Shown: positions 31,458 to 41,658 of the stretch, in pieces | Position numbering within the stretch: the first letter of the stretch is position 1 | Layout of the letters: each line of letters begins with the position of its first letter | Made by a program: the position numbers and the translations under genes | DNA from: an uncultured delta proteobacterium | GTDB taxonomy: Bacteria; Myxococcota; Myxococcia; Myxococcales; Myxococcaceae | Direction of reading: 5' to 3' | DNA length: 64,000 nt | NCBI GenBank assembly: GCA_963771175.1 | Contig: CAVYSY010000021.1 | Location: forward strand, 64,001-128,000 | The notes under the pieces: generated by a model | Database searches by the model: none | The model's input: the letters and a program-made list of their open reading frames with translations, nothing else | Told to the model about the DNA's origin: nothing

Positions 31458-32321
31458 ATGGCGACGACGATTCTGGTGACGGGTGCCACGGGCACCATTG
31501 GCTCGCAGCTCGTGTCCGCGCTGAAGGGCAAGACGGACGTGACGGTGCGCGCGGCCGTTCGCAGCGCGGCCAAGGCCGAGTCCCTCAAGGGCGGCAACGT
31601 GACGCCCGTGGACTTCGAGTACACGAATCCGGCGCAGATGCAGAAGGCCGTCGAGGGCGTGGAGAAGCTCTTCCTCGTCACGCCCTTCACCCCGGACCAG
31701 GTGGACCTGGGCGCCCGGCTCATCGACATCGCCAAGGCCGCGGGCGTGAAGCACATCGTGAAGCTGTCGGCCATGGGCGCGGACTTCGAGCCCGGCATCC
31801 AGCTCGGGCGGTGGCACCGCACCCTCGAGCGCTACATCTCCGGGTCGGGTCTGACGTACACCTTCCTGCGGCCCAACAACTTCATGGAGAACTTCGTCAA
31901 CTTCTACGGGCCGGCCAAGGACGGGAACATCTACCTGCCCTGGGGCCAGGGCGCGTGCAGCTTCATCGCGGGCGCGGACATCGCCGAGGTGGCCGCCGCC
32001 GCGCTCACCTCGGGGGGCCACGAGAACAAGGCCTATGACCTGACCGGTCCCGAGGCCTTCACCATCGCCCAGGCCGCCGCCACCATCGGCGAGGTGACCG
32101 GCCGGAAGGTCCAGTACGTGGAAGTGCCCGATGCGGCCGCGCGCCATGCCATGCTCGACGCGGGCATGCCGACGTGGATGGTCGACGCGATGATGGAGCT
32201 GCACGGCATCAACAAGGCGGGCTACGCCGCCCAGGTGACGGACACGGTGCAGAAGCTCTCCGGCCGTGCGCCGACGAACTTCACCCGGTTCGCCCAGCAG
32301 AACGCCGCGCGCTGGAAGTAG
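31458..32321 (+). CDS. NmrA/SDR-family NAD(P)-binding oxidoreductase
   Basis: ILVTGATGTIG, LRPNNFMEN, YDLTGPE. Confidence 0.92.
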   Translation: MATTILVTGATGTIGSQLVSALKGKTDVTVRAAVRSAAKAESLKGGNVTPVDFEYTNPAQMQKAVEGVEKLFLVTPFTPDQVDLGARLIDIAKAAGVKHIVKLSAMGADFEPGIQLGRWHRTLERYISGSGLTYTFLRPNNFMENFVNFYGPAKDGNIYLPWGQGACSFIAGADIAEVAAAALTSGGHENKAYDLTGPEAFTIAQAAATIGEVTGRKVQYVEVPDAAARHAMLDAGMPTWMVDAMMELHGINKAGYAAQVTDTVQKLSGRAPTNFTRFAQQNAARWK

Positions 32322-32432
32322 GGCGCGGTCGACACCGAGGAGCCAGGACTCCTCCAGATCTCCATGCGCACGGGCGGTGAGGGCGTTAGAAGGGCCGCCT
32401 CACTCGCAGTCCGAATCTGGAGGAGTCTCCTC

Positions 32433-32873
32433 ATGCCCCCTGTCACCATCCAGCCGCTCTACACCGCCACCGCCACCTCGCACGGGGGCCGCAACGGCCG
32501 CGTCCGTTCGGACGACGGGACGATCGACATGGCGCTCACCATGCCCAAGTCGCTGGGTGGCCCGGAGACCCCTGGCACCACCAACCCCGAGCAGCTCTTC
32601 GCCGCGGGCTACTCGGCATGCTTCGAGGGCGCGCTGCGGATGGTGGCCGGGCAGATGAAGAAGCAGATCAAGGACGCGCACATCACCGCCAAGGCGACCA
32701 TCGGGAAGATTCCGACGGGCGGCTTCGGTCTGGCGGTGGCGCTCCACGGCAAGCTCGCGGGCGTGTCGCAGGCCGAGGCGGACGAGCTGATGCAGGCGGC
32801 CCACAAGGTGTGCCCGTACTCGCTGGCCACCCGGGGCAACATCGAGGTGACGCTCTCGGCCGAGGCGGTCTGA
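32433..32873 (+). CDS. ohr: Organic hydroperoxide resistance protein
   Basis: GGRNG, TNPEQLFAAGYSACF, AHKVCPYS.ATRGN. Confidence 0.95.
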   Translation: MPPVTIQPLYTATATSHGGRNGRVRSDDGTIDMALTMPKSLGGPETPGTTNPEQLFAAGYSACFEGALRMVAGQMKKQIKDAHITAKATIGKIPTGGFGLAVALHGKLAGVSQAEADELMQAAHKVCPYSLATRGNIEVTLSAEAV

Positions 32874-32874
32874 G

Positions 32875-34092
32875 TCACCTCACCTGGCCTCCCGTCGCCC
32901 AGGTGCCCCACCGCACGAGCCGCGTGCTGCCCTCGGTCTCGCGCTTGCCGCCAGGCAGCACGCGCTCGGTGCCATCGGCGAGCGCCTGGAAGCGCGCCTC
33001 GTAGGGAAGGCCCGCGAGCGCGGGGGCCCACGGGTCCGCCGCGAAGGTCTCCGAGTAGATGCGATGGGCGTCCCCCTCGCTCGAGGTGCGCTGCACGGTG
33101 ACGGAGGGCACGTCGTGGCCCTCCACGGTGAAGGTGCCGCGAGTGCCGGACGCGGCGGCCGGAGGAAAGTCACCCGAGAACAGTGCTTCCCAGGGCAGGT
33201 TCATCAGCACCTCCTCGAGGGGCTCCGGCTCGGCCTGGGAGAAGTCGGAGCAGGGCGCGGTGCTCGCGTCGACGGGGCTGTCGGTGCGCAGGATGAAGCC
33301 GCGCTCGGCGGCGAAGCACACGCGCTGCACGGAGGGTGACGGGCCCACCTCCACGCGCCGATCGTAGTACGCGCCGGGTCCCAGCGGTCGCTCCATCACG
33401 GGCGGCGCGGCGTTGGCCTCGGCCGAGCCCTCGCGGAACTCCCGCAGCGTGAACTGGAAGCCACCCATGGTTCCGCCGAAACCAGAGAGCGAGGTGCCCG
33501 CCTCAAGCAGGCCATGGGTGAGGTACAGCGGCCCTGGCTGGACGGCGTACACGCGTGTCTCCAAGGGGCCGTCCACGGGGGTCTCGTCGTTGACGTAGCG
33601 CAGGGCGTCCCAGGTGCGGCCGGCGGAGGAGGTGCGCTCGGCGGTGGCCTTGCCCTGGCGTGGCACGTCGAGCGTGCGCGTCTCGTCCGTGCGCACGGGC
33701 AGGAGGAGGTCCCGCGAGAGCCGCGTCTGCGTCAGGGGCTTGCCGGCTTCATCGGTGAAGGACAGGCGCACCCAGACCCAGGGCTGCTGCACGGATACCA
33801 CCTCGAGTGTCACCTGGCCGCCAATGTCGCCCGAGGGGTCACGAGGTGCGCTGAGTCGCTCCATGAGGCTGACGTGGGAGCTGCTCCGGTGCGCGGAGAA
33901 AGAGTAGGTGACGCGGTCGCCCACGCGGGCGCGCTCCCAGGAGGACTCGTCGCCCTGCATGGGCGCGGGCTGTTGGGCTTGAGAGTCCGTGGGAGCTGGG
34001 CCGCTCGACTTCGTGCTCTCGCAGCCGGGGAGGAACGACAGAGCCGCGCCGAGCAGCGCGGCCACGGGGAGGGTGGAGTGGCGCATTTGCAT
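32875..34092 (-). CDS. Hypothetical myxobacterial lipoprotein
   Basis: Lipobox LPGC, 405 aa, no motif I recognise. Confidence 0.7.
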   Translation of the reverse strand: MQMRHSTLPVAALLGAALSFLPGCESTKSSGPAPTDSQAQQPAPMQGDESSWERARVGDRVTYSFSAHRSSSHVSLMERLSAPRDPSGDIGGQVTLEVVSVQQPWVWVRLSFTDEAGKPLTQTRLSRDLLLPVRTDETRTLDVPRQGKATAERTSSAGRTWDALRYVNDETPVDGPLETRVYAVQPGPLYLTHGLLEAGTSLSGFGGTMGGFQFTLREFREGSAEANAAPPVMERPLGPGAYYDRRVEVGPSPSVQRVCFAAERGFILRTDSPVDASTAPCSDFSQAEPEPLEEVLMNLPWEALFSGDFPPAAASGTRGTFTVEGHDVPSVTVQRTSSEGDAHRIYSETFAADPWAPALAGLPYEARFQALADGTERVLPGGKRETEGSTRLVRWGTWATGGQVR

Positions 34093-34152
34093 GTGAGACT
34101 TGATACACCGGGAGTGTATTCATTCCCATGAATTGCCATTGGAGCCGCGCGC

Positions 34153-36177
34153 ATGCCCCCGTCCCTCTCCATCCGCCGTGTCGTCCTCTACAAGCACGGA
34201 GTTGGCTACTTCGAGCGCCGTGGCAAGGTGAGCGGCAGCGAGACGCTCCACTTCGACTTCAAGGCGCGGGACATGAATGACGTCCTGAAGTCGATGACGG
34301 TGCTGGACCTGTCGGGCGGCTCGGTGTCGGCGGTGAGCTACGACTCCACCAAGCCACTGGAGCAGTTGCTGAAAGAGGCCACCATCCGGATTCCCGACTC
34401 GGGCAGCCTCACCGCGCTGCTGGGTCAGGTGAAGGGCGCGCGGGTGCGGGTGCGCGTGGGCAAGGAGCAGGTGGAGGGCGTCATCGTGGGGCTCGAGTCC
34501 CTGCCAGTGGCCCAGGGCGAGACGGCGGTGCATCGGCCCTTCTTGACGCTGCTGGTGGGCGCGTCGCTGCGCACCTTCGACCTGCTGGAGGTGGCGGAGC
34601 TGACCTTCCTGGACGACGCCGTGCGCAAGGACCTCGAGTTCTACCTGGCCACGGTGCTGTCCTCGTACAAGAAGGACACCAAGCGGCTCTCCGTGCTCAC
34701 CGCGGGCGAGGGCGAGCGGGAGCTGTTCGTCTCGTACGTGCTGGAAGCGCCGGTGTGGAAGACGAGCTACCGGATTCTGCTGGACGAGGAGCAGAAGCCG
34801 CTCTTGCAGGGCTGGGCGGTGGTGGACAACACGGGGGATGAGGACTGGGTGGACGTGGACCTGGCGCTCATCGCGGGGCTGCCGGTGTCCTTCGTGCACG
34901 ACCTCTACAACCCGCGCTACATGAAGCGGCCGATCGTGGAGGTGCGCACCGAGGCGGCCGCGGCTCCCGTCATCCCCGAGGAGGGCTTTGGCGCGGCGGC
35001 CGAGATGATGGCCGAGGAGCCGATGATGGAGATGGCCGCCATGGCCCCTCCCGCGCCTGGGGCCGCGCCCATGAAGAGCATGCGAGCGATGGTGGCGGGT
35101 GGTGGACCGGGCAGGCGCGAGGCCATGGAGCGGAGCGCGGCGGTGAAGACGCTGACGAAGGAGGTGGGGGACCTCTTCGAGTACCGGGTGGACCACCCGG
35201 TGACGGTGCACCGCAACCAGAGCGCGCTGGTGCCCATCCTGCACCGGCCCTTCGAGGGCAAGCGGGTGCTGCTCTACAACCGCACCACGCGCGAGAAGAA
35301 CCCGATGGCGTGCATCGAGCTGAAGAACACCACGGGGCTGACGCTGGAGGGCGGGCCGGTGACGGTGACGGAGGGGGACACCTACGTGGGCGAGGCGATG
35401 CTCGACACGATGAAGCCGGACGACAAGCGCTTCGTTCCGTACGCGGTGGAGCTCGGGTGCGTGGTGTCGCTGGAGGACCGGACGGAGGAGGGGCCGGTGT
35501 TCCGCGCGGTGGTGAATCGCGGGGTGCTGATGGTGGAGTTCTACCACCTGCGGCGGATGGTCTACACGGTGCGCAACAAGGCGAAGCGGCCCCAGACGCT
35601 CTACCTGGAGCACCCGCGCACGGGTTGGGAGCTGAAGGACACGCCGGAGCCGGCCGAGACCACGGACAACTTCTACCGCTTCAAGCTGGAGCTGGCGGCG
35701 AGCGGCGAGCAGGAGCTCACGGTCACCGAGCGCACGACGGGACATCGCTCGTGGAACTTCTCCATCACCGGGCCGGACGAGGTGAACTTCTTCCTGGACT
35801 CGGGCTACATCGACGAGCGGGTGGCGCAGGGCGTGCGGGAGATCATCTCCATCCGCGACAAGGTGGCACAGCTCCAACGGGACGAGCAGCGGCTGAATGA
35901 AGAGCGGGCGCGGCTCTTCAAGGACCAGGAGCGCATCCGGGCCAACATCGACTCCCTGAAGAGCGGGGCCTCGCAGCGGGAGCTGGCCGAGCGCTTCGTG
36001 GGGAAGCTGAACGAGCAGGAGGATCGGCTGGAGGTGATTGTCCGGGAGCTTGAGCGGGTGGCGCGCGAGAAGCGCGAAGCGCAGGAGGCGGTGGACCGTC
36101 TGCTCCAGGCGCTGGCCTTCACCGCGGACCTGGGCACGCCGTCCGCCGAGAAGGGACGCGGCAAGGGCAAGGCGTAG
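34153..36177 (+). CDS. DUF4139-like protein with C-terminal coiled coil
   Basis: IRRVVLYKHGVGYFER, MNDVLKS, PVWKTSYRI, QGWAVVDNTGDEDW; no signal peptide. Confidence 0.8.
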   Translation: MPPSLSIRRVVLYKHGVGYFERRGKVSGSETLHFDFKARDMNDVLKSMTVLDLSGGSVSAVSYDSTKPLEQLLKEATIRIPDSGSLTALLGQVKGARVRVRVGKEQVEGVIVGLESLPVAQGETAVHRPFLTLLVGASLRTFDLLEVAELTFLDDAVRKDLEFYLATVLSSYKKDTKRLSVLTAGEGERELFVSYVLEAPVWKTSYRILLDEEQKPLLQGWAVVDNTGDEDWVDVDLALIAGLPVSFVHDLYNPRYMKRPIVEVRTEAAAAPVIPEEGFGAAAEMMAEEPMMEMAAMAPPAPGAAPMKSMRAMVAGGGPGRREAMERSAAVKTLTKEVGDLFEYRVDHPVTVHRNQSALVPILHRPFEGKRVLLYNRTTREKNPMACIELKNTTGLTLEGGPVTVTEGDTYVGEAMLDTMKPDDKRFVPYAVELGCVVSLEDRTEEGPVFRAVVNRGVLMVEFYHLRRMVYTVRNKAKRPQTLYLEHPRTGWELKDTPEPAETTDNFYRFKLELAASGEQELTVTERTTGHRSWNFSITGPDEVNFFLDSGYIDERVAQGVREIISIRDKVAQLQRDEQRLNEERARLFKDQERIRANIDSLKSGASQRELAERFVGKLNEQEDRLEVIVRELERVAREKREAQEAVDRLLQALAFTADLGTPSAEKGRGKGKA

Positions 36178-36219
36178 CGCGCACCCGCGAGGGAGGCCCT
36201 CGGGAGCTGGTGCGTCACG

Positions 36220-37911
36220 TCAGGGCGCCGCGTAGACCTCGGCGCCCGCCACCACCGTGAGCTTCACCTGGGCGGTGAGCAGCTCCGCCACCGGCGCCTC
36301 CACCGGGTCCACCGAGAACGCCACGAAGTCCGCGTCCATGCCCGGCTTCAGCCGGCCCCGCTCGTTCTCCGCGAACGCCGCCCAGGCAGCGCCCACCGTG
36401 AAGCCCTCCAGTGCTTCCTCCCCGCTCATCCGCTGGTCGGGGTACCACCCGCTCGCGGGCTTTCCCTCGGCGTCCTGCCGCGTGCGCGCCGCGTAGAGCC
36501 CCGGCAGCACGTCCGGACGCTCCACCGGGAAGTCGCTGCCGAACGCCAGCGGCGCCCCCGACTCCTTCAGCTTCCGCCATGCGTAGGCGCCCTTGATGCG
36601 CTCGGGCCCCACGCGCGTCTCCGCCCACGGCATGTCGCTCGTCGCGTGCGTGGGCTGCATGCTCGCCACGATGCCGCTCTGGCCCATCCGCTGGATGTCC
36701 TCCAGCCGCATCACCTGCGCGTGCTCCACCCGGTGCCGCCCGTCGCGTGTCCCCGTGGCCTCGGCCGAGCGCAGCAGCGTCTCCAGCACCAGCGTGTTCG
36801 CCCGGTCCCCAATCGCGTGCGTGGCCACCTGGAAGCCGCGCGCCATGAAGGCCCGCACCCGCGCCTCGTACTCCTCGGGCGTCAGCAGCAGCAGCCCGCG
36901 GTGGCCCGGCTCGTCGCTGTACGGCGCGTGCAGTGCCGCGCCCCGGCTCCCCAGCGCTCCGTCCATGCTCAGCTTCACCGCTCGCATCGTCAGCATCCGG
37001 CCCTGGAAGGGGCCCTCTCGCAGGTACGTCTCGCGGTCCGCGCCCTGGCCATCCGCCATCACGTAGACGCGCAGCGGCAGCTTGCCCTCCTTGTCCCAGC
37101 GCTGGAGCAGGCGGAAGGTGCGCAGGTCCATGCCCGCGTCGTGGAAGCCCGTCAGCCCCACCTCCGCGCAGCGGGCGAGCGCCCCGGCGATCCGCGCCTC
37201 CAACTGCGCGTCCGTGGGCGCCGGCAGCACCGCGGACACCAGGTCCATCGCGTTGTCCACGAGGATGCCCGTGGGCTCACCGTCCGGGCCACGGAGGATC
37301 CGGCCACCGGCGGGGTCCGGCGTCTCCTTCGTAATCTTCGCCCGCCGGAGCGCCTCGCCATTCACCCACAGCGCGTGACCATCCACGCGCTCGAGCACCA
37401 CGGGCGTCTTCGGCTGCCGCGCGTCCAGCTCGGCCCGGCCGGGGAAGCTCTTCTCCGGCCAGTCGTTCTGGTCCCACCCGCGACCCAGGAGCCAGTCCCC
37501 CTGCCATGCCGTGGCGGGCGCGGCGGCCACGCGGGCGAGCACCTCCTCGCGCGAGGCCGTGCCCTCCAGCGATACCGCGGCGAGGCTGTGTCCGAGGCCC
37601 GCAAGGTGCCCGTGCGCGTCGGTGAGGCCGGGCACGACCGTCGCATCCCCGAGGTCCACCACCCGCGCCCCCGCTCCCGCCGCGGCGAGCACCTCGTCCC
37701 GGGTGCCCACCGCGAGCACCTTCCCCGCGCGCACGGAGAGCGCTTCGGCGATCGGCCGCTCCGCATCGAGCGTCCGCACGCGCCGCGCGACATACACGGT
37801 GGTGGTGGAAGGAGCGGGAGCCTGCCGCGCCTCGGGAGCATTCCGGGCACAACCGGCCGCGCACGCGACGAGGAGGAGCACTGCGCCAGGGAGAGACCGC
37901 TTGCCGTGCAT
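36220..37911 (-). CDS. YtcJ-like amidohydrolase (lipoprotein)
   Basis: Lipobox AAGC, PGLTDAHGH, DGALGSRGA, HAIGD, RHRVEHAQ, FGSDFPVE. Confidence 0.92.
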   Translation of the reverse strand: MHGKRSLPGAVLLLVACAAGCARNAPEARQAPAPSTTTVYVARRVRTLDAERPIAEALSVRAGKVLAVGTRDEVLAAAGAGARVVDLGDATVVPGLTDAHGHLAGLGHSLAAVSLEGTASREEVLARVAAAPATAWQGDWLLGRGWDQNDWPEKSFPGRAELDARQPKTPVVLERVDGHALWVNGEALRRAKITKETPDPAGGRILRGPDGEPTGILVDNAMDLVSAVLPAPTDAQLEARIAGALARCAEVGLTGFHDAGMDLRTFRLLQRWDKEGKLPLRVYVMADGQGADRETYLREGPFQGRMLTMRAVKLSMDGALGSRGAALHAPYSDEPGHRGLLLLTPEEYEARVRAFMARGFQVATHAIGDRANTLVLETLLRSAEATGTRDGRHRVEHAQVMRLEDIQRMGQSGIVASMQPTHATSDMPWAETRVGPERIKGAYAWRKLKESGAPLAFGSDFPVERPDVLPGLYAARTRQDAEGKPASGWYPDQRMSGEEALEGFTVGAAWAAFAENERGRLKPGMDADFVAFSVDPVEAPVAELLTAQVKLTVVAGAEVYAAP

Positions 37912-38031
37912 CGCACACCTCTCAGACTGCCCCGGAGGCCGGGGGCGGTGGGCGTTGCACTCTGGCGCACTCGCGCGCGAGTGGGAATGCACGTGCCGTC
38001 ACGAAGCAATACGTCATACGCTCCGGCGGCC

Positions 38032-38874
38032 ATGAAGACGCTTCGCACCACGCTGCTCGTCGTCGGCGGGGGCCTCGCCCTCGTCTCGCCACTCACCGCT
38101 CTGGCCAGGGACGCCAAGGCTCCCGCACCGGCGGCGCTCGTGTCCTTCACCGAGCCCGAGTCCATCAAGCGCCTCGAGCGCAGCAAGCACAAGGTGGACT
38201 TCTTCCATCTGGCCAACCAGTTCGAGAGCCAGGGCAACAAGGCCTTCTGCGGCCCCACCTCCTCGGTCATCGTGCTCAACGCCCTGCGCGTGAACAACGA
38301 CTCCATCTCCAAGCCGCAGGACCCGCGCCTCGTGCTGGACGAGGACAAGGCGCTGATTCCCCCGGGGTTTGATCCGCTCTTCCAGCGCTACACGCAGAAC
38401 AACTTCTTCGACGAGGCCTCCTCGAAGGTGAAGCGCCGCGAGCAGGTGTTCGGCAAGCCCGCCGCCGAGGGCGGGAAGCCCGACGGCGGCATCCAGCTCC
38501 GTCAGCTCCAGGGAATGCTGGTGGCCAAGGGGCTCGACGTGCGGCTCCGCGTCGCGGACGACTCGCTCACCGACGCCACCATCAAGGCCGAGCTGAAGGA
38601 GAACCTGAAGACGGCCAACGACTACGTCATCGTCAATTACACCCGGCCGGTGCTGGGCCAGAAGGGCGGCGGCCACATCTCGCCGCTGGGGGCCTATGAC
38701 CAGGCCTCGGACTCCTTCCTCATCCTGGACGTCAACCCCAACGGCCAGTCGTGGGTGTGGGTGAATGCGGACGCGCTCATCCAGTCCATGCGCACGCTCG
38801 ACACCGTGGAGAACCGCGGCTACCTCCTGGTGAAGGAGGGCAACACCGCCGCCCAGGCCCAGGACGCGAAGTAG
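38032..38874 (+). CDS. Secreted phytochelatin-synthase-family (papain-like) enzyme
   Basis: Signal peptide; Q..AFCGPTSSVIVLNAL and GGGHISPLGAYD..SD.FLILDV give a Cys-His-Asp triad. Confidence 0.9.
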   Translation: MKTLRTTLLVVGGGLALVSPLTALARDAKAPAPAALVSFTEPESIKRLERSKHKVDFFHLANQFESQGNKAFCGPTSSVIVLNALRVNNDSISKPQDPRLVLDEDKALIPPGFDPLFQRYTQNNFFDEASSKVKRREQVFGKPAAEGGKPDGGIQLRQLQGMLVAKGLDVRLRVADDSLTDATIKAELKENLKTANDYVIVNYTRPVLGQKGGGHISPLGAYDQASDSFLILDVNPNGQSWVWVNADALIQSMRTLDTVENRGYLLVKEGNTAAQAQDAK

Positions 38875-38899
38875 TCCCAGCGCCGAGGCGCGAGCGCGC

Positions 38900-40636
38900 T
38901 CAGGTGCGCTCGCGCTCGAGCACCAGGGGCGTCCAGTCCTCGTGCAGTCGCAGGTGGGGCACGGTGACGCTGCCGTCGGCCGCGGCGGGGACGCTGCCGC
39001 GGGCCTTGCCGAAGCTCCAGCGGATGCGCTCGCCCGGCAGGCACCGGAAGCGCTGCACGCGCCGGGGCGTCACGTCCACCGTGGGCGAGTCGGAGATGCC
39101 GGGGCCACGCACCGCGCGCAGCGGCAGGACGAAGCGCCCGTGCGTGTCCACCAACCGGCTGGCGTCCCAGCGCAGCGAGCGGTTGAGCATGCCCGCCGCG
39201 TCGCCATCCCAGCCGGTGTCACCGGGCACCTTCGGGTCTCCCGCGTACCCGGAGTCATCGCGCCAGGGCCGGCTCCCATTGCCACCGCTGCCCGGGTAGC
39301 CATCCCACGAGGAGCGGCTGAAGGCCGGGAAGGCGAGGTTCCGCTTCAGGAAGGTGTTCGGGTCCTTCCTCGGCTCCCATCCGCGGTCCCACCATCGCCT
39401 GCCCAGCCACGGATCGGCCTCGAGGTGCCCGCCCTCGTCCCAGACGGCGTGGTGGCCGATGCGCTGCCGCTGCAGCGTCTCGTAGAAGGAGGCACCGGTG
39501 AGGGTGCTGGGCCCCACCACGGAGCCGAAGTGGATGATGGGGTCGTCCTTGCCATGCTCCAGGAGGAGGAACTGCGAGCGGGCCTCGGGGTCGTCGCGCA
39601 GCGCCCGCGTCATGTCCAGGCGGCTCCAGACACCCAGGCCGTCCGTGTCCGGCACCTCCTCCTCGGGCATGCCCCACAGGCTGGAGAGCTGCGCCAGCCT
39701 CCAGGGCCGATGCGCCCGCGCCACCGTCTGCGCGTGCGTGGCCTGGACGCCCGCGAAGTGCCGCGCGTACAGCGTGCCGACCGCCAGCGCGCCCGCGCCG
39801 CCCATGGAGTCTCCCTCGATGAAGACGCGCTCGGGGTCCGCGCCCGGGTAGGTGCGCAGCACCCACTCCAGCAGCGCCAGCACCCGGCGCGCGGTGTACG
39901 GCGGCACCGCTCCCTCCTGGGCCGCGGCCCGGGGCAGTCGCTCGGAGTAGCCCCACCAGTACGTGAGGTCCGGATCGCTCGGCTCGATGATGAACTGGCT
40001 CATGGCCGTCTGGGGCCTGGGCGGCCAGTTGCCCACGCCGTGCAGGCGCACCGTCACCGGCATGGTGTACGCGGCCGAGGCGGCGCTCGGCACCGTCACC
40101 ACCGCGGGGAAGGTGCGTCCGGCGTACCCGGGGCTGTCCAGCCACGCGTCCGTGACCTGCTCCAGCGTCAGGCGCATGCCGCTGGGCTGCGACTCCTCCT
40201 GGAGGATGCGCGGCTCGGGCGGGCGGACGGTGTCGTGGATTTCGAGCGTCATCCGCGCCCGCGCCGTGCTCTGGCCGTCGATGGCGGTGAAGGTGACGTC
40301 GCGGCGCGCCCCTCCCTGGATGAAGTCAGGCCGGAAGGTGAGCGTGCGAGCGGGCTCGTCCCAGCGTGCTCCCGGAGGCAGCCCGTCCACGAAGATTCGA
40401 GTGGGGCCCTGTGCGCCCTGGACCCGTACCGTGACGCGCAGCACCTCCTCCTCGTTCACGGCCTGGAAGGCGGGCACGTGCAGCTCGAGCGTCCGCGTGC
40501 CGGAGGGCAGCAGCGGGTCCATCTCGGACTGGGCCGAGGCGGGCCGTGGCGAGTCCATCATCAGCAAGGTGAGCAGCACCGGGGCCACCACCCAGTGCCG
40601 CGGATTGCAAGCTCGGAACATCCTCCCCCAACGCAT
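38900..40636 (-). CDS. Secreted protein: Ig-like (He_PIG-type) domain plus alpha/beta-hydrolase
   Basis: Signal peptide; GLPPGARWDE..TLTFRP Ig pattern; DPERVFIEGDSMGG nucleophile elbow, HGKDD, WDEGGH. Confidence 0.72.
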   Translation of the reverse strand: MRWGRMFRACNPRHWVVAPVLLTLLMMDSPRPASAQSEMDPLLPSGTRTLELHVPAFQAVNEEEVLRVTVRVQGAQGPTRIFVDGLPPGARWDEPARTLTFRPDFIQGGARRDVTFTAIDGQSTARARMTLEIHDTVRPPEPRILQEESQPSGMRLTLEQVTDAWLDSPGYAGRTFPAVVTVPSAASAAYTMPVTVRLHGVGNWPPRPQTAMSQFIIEPSDPDLTYWWGYSERLPRAAAQEGAVPPYTARRVLALLEWVLRTYPGADPERVFIEGDSMGGAGALAVGTLYARHFAGVQATHAQTVARAHRPWRLAQLSSLWGMPEEEVPDTDGLGVWSRLDMTRALRDDPEARSQFLLLEHGKDDPIIHFGSVVGPSTLTGASFYETLQRQRIGHHAVWDEGGHLEADPWLGRRWWDRGWEPRKDPNTFLKRNLAFPAFSRSSWDGYPGSGGNGSRPWRDDSGYAGDPKVPGDTGWDGDAAGMLNRSLRWDASRLVDTHGRFVLPLRAVRGPGISDSPTVDVTPRRVQRFRCLPGERIRWSFGKARGSVPAAADGSVTVPHLRLHEDWTPLVLERERT

Positions 40637-40715
40637 CGTGCAACACCCTCAAGAGTGGCTTCCGAGGGGACCGTGTCCCCCGGGCCGCGGTACGAGGCCC
40701 TGGATGTGTCGTATC

Positions 40716-40731
40716 AGCAAACCGCGTGCCT
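40716..40731 (-). promoter_or_regulatory. Sigma54 (-24/-12) promoter
   Basis: Minus strand AGGCACGCGGTTTGCT fits TGGCACG-N4-TTGCW with exact GG-N10-GC spacing, about 80 nt upstream of the 40636 start. Confidence 0.7.
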
Positions 40732-40760
40732 TTTTGTTCCCGATGCGCGCTCCCTTTCTT

Positions 40761-41534
40761 TCATGGGTGGTCGGGATGCAGCCGGTGCCGCCACCCCGTG
40801 CGCCGGGCAGTGAGGTCACGATTCTCGAAGAGTTTCACCAGCACGAGCCCCGCGACGAAGCCGCCCACGTGGGCCCACACCGCCACGCCGCTGCCCCCGT
40901 CGGCGTCGAGCCGGTTGAGCTGGGGCAGCCCGGTGAGGACCTGGAGGCCGAACCAGTACAGCAGCACCAGCCAGGCGGGCAGGGGGATGATGCGGAAGAT
41001 GATGAGGAAGATGAACAGCATGTTCACCCGCACGCGCGGGTAGAGGATGAGGTAGGCCCCCATCACTCCGGAGATGGCGCCCGAGGCGCCCACCATGGGG
41101 ACGGGCGAGGCGGGGTCCACCAGCACCTGCGCCGCCGCCGCCGCCAGTCCGCACACCCCGTAGAAGACGAGGAAGCGCAGCCGGCCCATGCTGTCCTCCA
41201 CGTTGTTGCCGAACACCCAGAAGAAGAGGCAGTTGCCCAGGATGTGACCCCAGCCCCCGTGGAGGAACATGGAGGTGAGGGGCGTGAAGCGGTTGATGGG
41301 CTCGTTGTCGACCACACACGAGAGGCCCCCTCCGAGGGGCACCGCCAGGCCCACCGGAGCCAGCCGGGTGAACTCTCCCGGGACGAGCCCGAGCTCGCAC
41401 ACGCTGCGGACCAGCGCGAGGGTGTTCAGTCCGGCGCCCTGCACGAAGACCCAGGTGGCTCCGATGGCACCGAGCAGCAGGTAGGTGACGATCGGCGTGC
41501 GGAGGGTGGGGTTGTCGTCGCTGAGGGGAATCAT
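40761..41534 (-). CDS. Rhomboid-family intramembrane serine protease
   Basis: MIPLSDDNP, MFLHGGWGHILGN, GASGAISG, WAHVGGF. Confidence 0.95.
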   Translation of the reverse strand: MIPLSDDNPTLRTPIVTYLLLGAIGATWVFVQGAGLNTLALVRSVCELGLVPGEFTRLAPVGLAVPLGGGLSCVVDNEPINRFTPLTSMFLHGGWGHILGNCLFFWVFGNNVEDSMGRLRFLVFYGVCGLAAAAAQVLVDPASPVPMVGASGAISGVMGAYLILYPRVRVNMLFIFLIIFRIIPLPAWLVLLYWFGLQVLTGLPQLNRLDADGGSGVAVWAHVGGFVAGLVLVKLFENRDLTARRTGWRHRLHPDHP

Positions 41535-41658
41535 CGGAGGCCTTCCATGATGTGCACGCTGGTGGCGCGGGGCAGGGGGCGCGAGGCGTGTACGGCGGCG
41601 GACGTCCTGCCCCGGGGTCGCTTCCTCGCGGAGGGAGTCGACCCTAGCTGTGTGCGCC

